In this document: positions 58,701-64,000 of the stretch, in pieces
Numbering within the stretch: position 1 is the first letter of the stretch
How the letters are laid out: each line of letters begins with the position of its first letter
NCBI GenBank assembly: GCA_964016885.1
Contig: OZ024744.1
Location: 24,428,001-24,492,000, forward strand
From: Eledone cirrhosa
Taxonomy: Eukaryota
Direction: 5' to 3'
DNA length: 64,000 bases
Notes under the pieces: generated by a model
Seen by the model: only the letters and a program-made list of their open reading frames with translations
Told to the model about the DNA's origin: nothing
The model's database searches: none
Program-made: the position numbers and the translations under genes

Positions 58701-61700
58701 ACTCGTTTCAACAACAGTTGAATCTTGAGAGCTTTCTCGTGTTAACAACAGTTGAATCTTAAGATAAAATCTGTTTTAACAACAGTTGAAAGTTAAGAAC
58801 TGACTCGTTTTAATAGCAGTTGAATCTTAAGATAAAACTGGTTATAACAACAGTTGAATCTTAAGAACTGACTCGTCTTAACAACAGTTGAATCTTAAGA
58901 ACTGACTCGTTTTAACAACAGATGAATCTTAAGATAAAACTCATTTTAACAACAGTTGAATCTTAAGAACTGATTCGTTTTAACAACAGTTGATTCTTAA
59001 ATAAAACTCGTTTTAACAACAGTTGAATCTTAAGAACTGACTCGTTTTAACAACAGTTGAATCTTAAGTGAAAATTCGTTTTAACAACAGCTGAATCTTA
59101 AGAACTGACTGTTTTAACAACAGTTGAATCTTATGATAAAGCTCGTTTTAATAACACTTTAATCTTAAGATAAAACTCGTTTTAACAACAGTCGAAACGT
59201 ATGATAAAACTCGTTTTAACAACAGTTGCATTTTAAGATAAAACTGGTTTTAACAACAGTTGAATCTTAAGAACTGACTCTTTTTAATAACACTTTAATC
59301 TTATGATAAAACTCGTTTTAACAACAGTTGAATTTTAAGAACTGACTCGTTTTAACAACAGTTGAATTTTAAGATAAAACTCGTTTTAACAACAGTTGAA
59401 TCTTAAGAACTGACTCGTTTTAACAACACTTGTAACTTATGATAAAAGTCGTTTTAACAACAGTTGAACCTTAAGAACTGACTCGTTTTTACGACAGTTG
59501 AATCTTAAGAGAAAATTCGTTTTAACAACAGTCGAATCTTACGAAATGTCTGGTTTTAACAACAGTTGAATTTTATGATAAAACTCGATTTAACAACAGT
59601 TGCATTTTAAGATAAAACTAGTTTTAACAACAGTTGAATCTTAAGAACTGACTCGCTTTAACAACAGTTGAATCTGAAGAACTGACTCGTTTTAACAACA
59701 GTTGAATCTTAATAGATAATCCGTTTTAACAACAGCTGAATCTTATGATAACACTCGTTTTAAAAACAGTTGAATCGTAAGAACTGATTCTTTTTAATAA
59801 CAGTTGAGTCTGAAGAACTGACTCATTTTAACAACAGTTGAATCTGAAGAACTGACTCGTTTTATCAACTGTTGAATCTTAAGATAAAACTCGTTTTAAC
59901 AACTGTTGCATCTTAAGAACTGGCTCGTTTTTACAACACTTGTATCTTATGATAAAGCTCGTTTTAACAACAGTTGATCCTTAAGAACTAACTCGTTTTA
60001 ACAACAGTTGAATCTTAAAGTAAAGCTCGTTTTAAGAACAGTCGAATCTTAAGAACTGTCTCGTTTTAACAACAGTTGAATCTGAAGAACTGACTCGTTT
60101 TAACAACAGTTGAATCTGAACATAAAACTCGTTTTAACAACAGTTGAATCTTAAGAACTGACTCGTTTTAACAACACTTGTAACTTATGATAAAACTCGT
60201 TTTACCAACAGTTGAATCTTATGATAAAACTCGTTTTAACAACAGTTGCATTTTAAGATCAAACTGGTTTTAACAACAGTTGAATCTTAAGAACTGACTC
60301 GTTTTAACAACAGTTGAATCTTTAGAACAGTCTCGTTTTAATAACAGTTGAATCTTAAAATAAACTGGTTTTAACACCAGTTGAATGTTAAGAACTGACT
60401 CGTTTTAATAACACTTTAATCTTATGATAAAACCCGTTTTAACACCAGTTGAATCTTAAGAACTTACTCGTTTTAACAACAGTTGAATCTTAAGAGAAAA
60501 TTCGTTTTAACAACAGCTAAATCTTAAGAACTGACTCGTTTTAACAACAGTTGAATCTTAAGAACTGACTTGTTTTAACAACAGTTGAATCTAAGAACTG
60601 ACTCGTTTTAACAACAGTTATATTTTAAGATAAAACTGGTTCTTACAACAGTTGAATCTTAAGAATTGACTCGTTTTAACAACAGTTGAATCTGAAGAAC
60701 TGACTCGTTTTATCAACAGTTGAATCTGATGATAAAACTCATTTTAACAACAGTTGAATCTCAAGAACTGACTCGTTTTAACAAAACATGTAACTTATGA
60801 TAAAACTCGTTTTAACAACAGTTGAGTCTTAAGAAATGACTCGTTTTAACAAGAGTTGAATCTTTAGAACTGAATCGTTTTAATAACACTTTAATCTTAA
60901 GATAAAACTCGTTTTAACAACAGTCGAAACGTATGATAAAACTGGTTTTAACAACAGTTGCATTTTAAGATAAAACTCGTTTTAACAACAGTTGAATCTT
61001 AAGAACTGACTCTTTTTAATAACACTTTAATCTTATGATAAAACTCGTTTTAACAACAGTTGAATCTTAAGAACTGACTCGTTATAACAACAGTTGAATT
61101 TTAAGATAAAACTCGTTTTAACAACAGTTGAATCTTAAGAAATGACTCGTTTTAACAACACATGTAACTTATGATAAAAGTCGTTTTAACAACAGTTGAA
61201 CCTTAAGAACTGACTCGTTTTTACGACAGTTGAATTTTAAGAGAAAATTCGTTTTAACAACAGTCGAATCTTAAGAACTGTCTGGTTTTAACAACAGTTG
61301 AATCTTATGATAAAACTCGATTTAACAACAGTTGCATTTTAAGATAAAACTAGTTTTAACAACAGTTGAATCTTAAGAACTGACTCGCTTTAACAACAGT
61401 TGAATCTGAAGAACTGACTCGTTTTAACAACAGTTGAATCTTAAGATAAAACTCGTTTTAACAACAGTTGAATCTTAAGAACTGACTCATTTTAACAACA
61501 GTTGAATCTTAAGAACTGATTCGTTTTAATAACGGTTGAATCTTAACTTAAAACTCGTCTTAACAATAGTTGAATCTTAAGAAGTGGCTCGTTTTTACAA
61601 CACTTGTATCTTATGATAAAACTCGTTTTAAAAAGAGTTGAATCATAAGAACTGATTCGTTTTAACAACAGTTGAGTCTGAAGAACTGACACGTTTTAAC

Positions 61701-64000
61701 AACAGTTGAATCTGAAGAACTGACTCGTTTTATCAACTGTTGAATCTTAAGATAAAACTCGTTTTAACAACTGTTGAATCTTAAGAACTGGCTCGTTTTT
61801 ACAACACTTGTATCTTATGATAAAACTCGTTTTAACAACAGTTGATCCTTAAGAACTGACTCGTTTTAACAACAGTTGAATCTTAAAGTAAACTCGTTTT
61901 AACAACAGTCGAATCTTAAGAACTGTCTCGTTTTAACAACAGTTGAATCTGAAGAACTGACTCGTTTTAACAACAGTTGAATCTGAACATAAAACTCGTT
62001 TTAACAACAGTTGAATCTTAAGAACTGACTCGTTTTAACAACACTTGTGACTTATGATAAAACTCGTTTTACCAACAGTTGAATCTTATGATAAAACTCG
62101 TTTTAACAACAGTTGCATTTTAAGATCAAACAACAGTTGAATCTTAAGAACTGACTCGTTTTAACAACAGTTGAATCTTAAGAGAAAATTCGTTTTAACA
62201 ACAGCTAAATCTTAAGAACTGACTCGTTTTAACAACAGTTGAATCTTATGATAACACTCGTGTTAACAACAGTTGCATTTTAAGTTAAAACTGGTTTTAA
62301 CAACAGTTGAATCTTAAGAACTGACTCGTTTTAACAACAGTTGAATCTTAAGATAAAACTCGTTTTAACAACAGTTGAATATTAAGATAAGACTCTTATA
62401 ACAACAGTTGATTCTTAAGAAATTACTCGTTTTTACAACAGTTGAATCTTAAGAACTGACTCGTTTCAACAACAGTTGAATCTTAAGAACTGACTTGTTT
62501 TAACAACAGTTGAATCTAAGAACTGACTCGTTTTAACAACAGTTGCATTTTAAGATAAAACTGGTTCTTACAACAGTTGAATCTGAAGAACTGACTCGTT
62601 TTCACAACAGTTGAATCATAAGAACTGATTCGTTTTAACAACAGTTGAATCTTATGATAAAACTCGTTTTAACAACACTTGCATTTTAAGATCAAACTGG
62701 TTTTAACAACAGTTGAATCTTAAGAACTGACTCGTTTTAACAACAGTTGAATCTTTAGAACAGTTTCGTTTTAATAACAGTTGAATCTTAAAATAAACTG
62801 GTTTTAACACCAGTTGAATCTTAAGAAGTGACTCGTTTTAATAACACTTTAATCTTATGATAAAACTCGTTTTAACACCAGTTGAATCTTAAGAACTTAC
62901 TCGTTTTAACAACAGTTGAATCTTCAGAGAAAATTCGTTTTAACAACAGCTAAATATTAAGAACTGACTCGTTTTAACAACAGTTGAATCTTATGATAAC
63001 ACTCGTGTTAACAACAGTTGCATTTTAAGTTAAAACTGGTTTTAACAACAGTTGAATGTTAAGAACTGACTCGTTTTAACAACAGTTGAATCTTAAGAGA
63101 AAATTCGTTTTAACAACAGCTGAATCTTAAGAACTGACACTTTTTACCAACAGTTGAATCTCATGATAAAACTCGTTTAACAGTTGCATTTTAAGAGAAA
63201 ACTGGTTTTAACAACAGTTGAATCTTAAGAACTGACTCGTTTTAATAACACTTTAATCTTATGATAAAACTCGTTTTAACAAGAGTTGAATCTTAAGAAC
63301 TGATTCATTTTAACAACAGTTGAATTTTAATATAAAACTTGTTTTAACAACTTTTGAGTATTAAGATAAGACTCGTTATAACAACAGTTGATTCTTAAGA
63401 AATTACTCGTTTTTACAACAGTTGAATCTTAAGATAAAACTCGTTATAACAACAGTTGATTCTTAAGAAATTACTCCTTTTTACAACAGTTGAATCTTAA
63501 GATAAATCTCGTTTTAAGAACAGTTTAATGTTAAGAACTGACTTGTTTTAACAACAGTTGAATCTTAAGAACTGACTCGTTTTAACAACAGTTGCATTTT
63601 AAGATAAAACTGTTTTTTTCAACAGTTGAATCTGAAGAACTGACTCGTTTTCACAACTGTTGAATCTGAAGAACTGACTCGTTTTAAAAATAGTTGAATC
63701 TGAAGAACTGACTCATTTTATCAACAGTTGAATCTGAAGATAAAACTCGTTTTAACAACAGTTGAATCTTAAGAACTCACTCGTTTTAACAACACTTGTA
63801 TCTTATGATAAAACTGGTTTTAACAACAGTTGAAACTTATGATAAAACTCGTTTTAATAACAGTTGCATTTTAAGATAAAACTGGTTTTAACAACAGTTG
63901 AATCTGAAGAACTGACTCGTTTGAACAACAGTTGAATCTTAAGAACTGACTCGTTTTAACAACAGTTGAATCGTAAAATAAAACTCTTTTTAACAACAGT
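55727..64000 (+). repeat. Duplication F: 62,640-64,000 is a near-identical copy of 55,727-57,087 (offset 6,913); probably a 6.9-kb tandem unit truncated by the window end
   Basis: Offset 6913 for ATGATAAAAC..CACTTGC (55741/62654), CAGTTTCG (55848/62761) and GACTCGTTTG (57001/63914). Confidence 0.85.

Larger units (their letters stand above)
1..64000 (+). repeat. 34-bp tandem satellite array (~1,880 monomers) with two subtypes, A (...AAGAACTGACTCG...) and B (...AAGATAAAACTCG...), forming a loose 68-bp dimer; runs off both window ends
   Basis: The AACAACA start recurs every 34 bp (e.g. 192 and 226). Every line of the window consists of this monomer or point/indel variants of it, all in the same orientation. 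Confidence 0.99.
26400..64000 (+). repeat. Right satellite subfamily domain
   Basis: Diagnostic variants GTTGCATTTTAAG (first at ~26,423), GAGAAAATTCG, AATAACACTTTAATC, GAAATTACTCG and the 4-bp-deleted junction CTCGTTTAACAGTTGC recur here and were not seen in the left domain. Confidence 0.85.

Noticed and set aside
1-64000. CRISPR array: 34-bp repeat size, and B read as GTTTTA...GAAT...AAAAC resembles the ends of type II-A direct repeats
   Set aside because: There are no unique spacers (only 2 nt, TC, lie between such units), the repeats are head-to-tail and variable, and there are no cas genes or leader. The resemblance is explained by AT-rich dyad ends.
1-64000. Repetitive protein-coding ORF on either strand
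   Set aside because: 34 is not a multiple of 3. Each monomer has TAA/TGA on the plus strand (TTTTAAC, TTGAA, CTTAAG) and TAA on the minus strand (CTTAAG, GTTAAAA), so all six frames close within about 100 bp.
1-64000. Telomerase-type telomeric repeat
   Set aside because: There is no G-rich/C-rich strand asymmetry, the unit is long with two subtypes, and variants are inherited in multi-kb blocks. This indicates recombinational amplification, not templated addition.
1-64000. A single regular higher-order repeat like alpha-satellite HORs
   Set aside because: Measured periods differ from block to block (2.2, 3.46, 3.5, 3.7, 4.1, 6.9 kb) and each has only about two copies.
1-64000. Helically phased A-tract curvature
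   Set aside because: 34 bp is about 3.2 helical turns, so tracts in successive monomers are not in phase. The AAAA/TTTT tracts are short. No support without modelling.
1-64000. Variant monomer order as an information-bearing code or recombination cassette system
   Set aside because: The ordered variants are fully explained by descent through duplication. There is no recombinase, expression locus or unique payload in the window.
1-64000. Embedded transposon, inversion, tRNA/rRNA or plasmid iteron origin
   Set aside because: No non-satellite sequence or reverse-oriented monomer (e.g. CGAGTCAGTTCTTAAG) was seen on reading through. Iteron arrays have only a few copies beside a rep gene.

Overview
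The whole 64 kb window is one uninterrupted, single-orientation, AT-rich (about 26-32% GC per monomer) tandem satellite array, most likely eukaryotic heterochromatic or centromere-type DNA. It holds roughly 1,880 copies of a 34-bp monomer in two loosely alternating subtypes: A = AACAACAGTTGAATCTTAAGAACTGACTCGTTTT and B = AACAACAGTTGAATCTTAAGATAAAACTCGTTTT. I found no ORFs, RNA genes, transposons, CRISPR spacers or inversions, and no gene-based system. What is interesting is the architecture. Rare variant monomers reveal nested, chained tandem duplications with periods of about 2.2, 3.5, 3.5, 3.7, 4.1 and 6.9-7 kb. Variant vocabulary switches between a left and a right subfamily domain at about 23-26 kb, and divergence rises to the right. 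The B monomer is built almost entirely of three abutting dyad symmetries. Offsets were measured by eye from marker variants; block boundaries are approximate to within about one monomer. The organism cannot be identified from the sequence alone.
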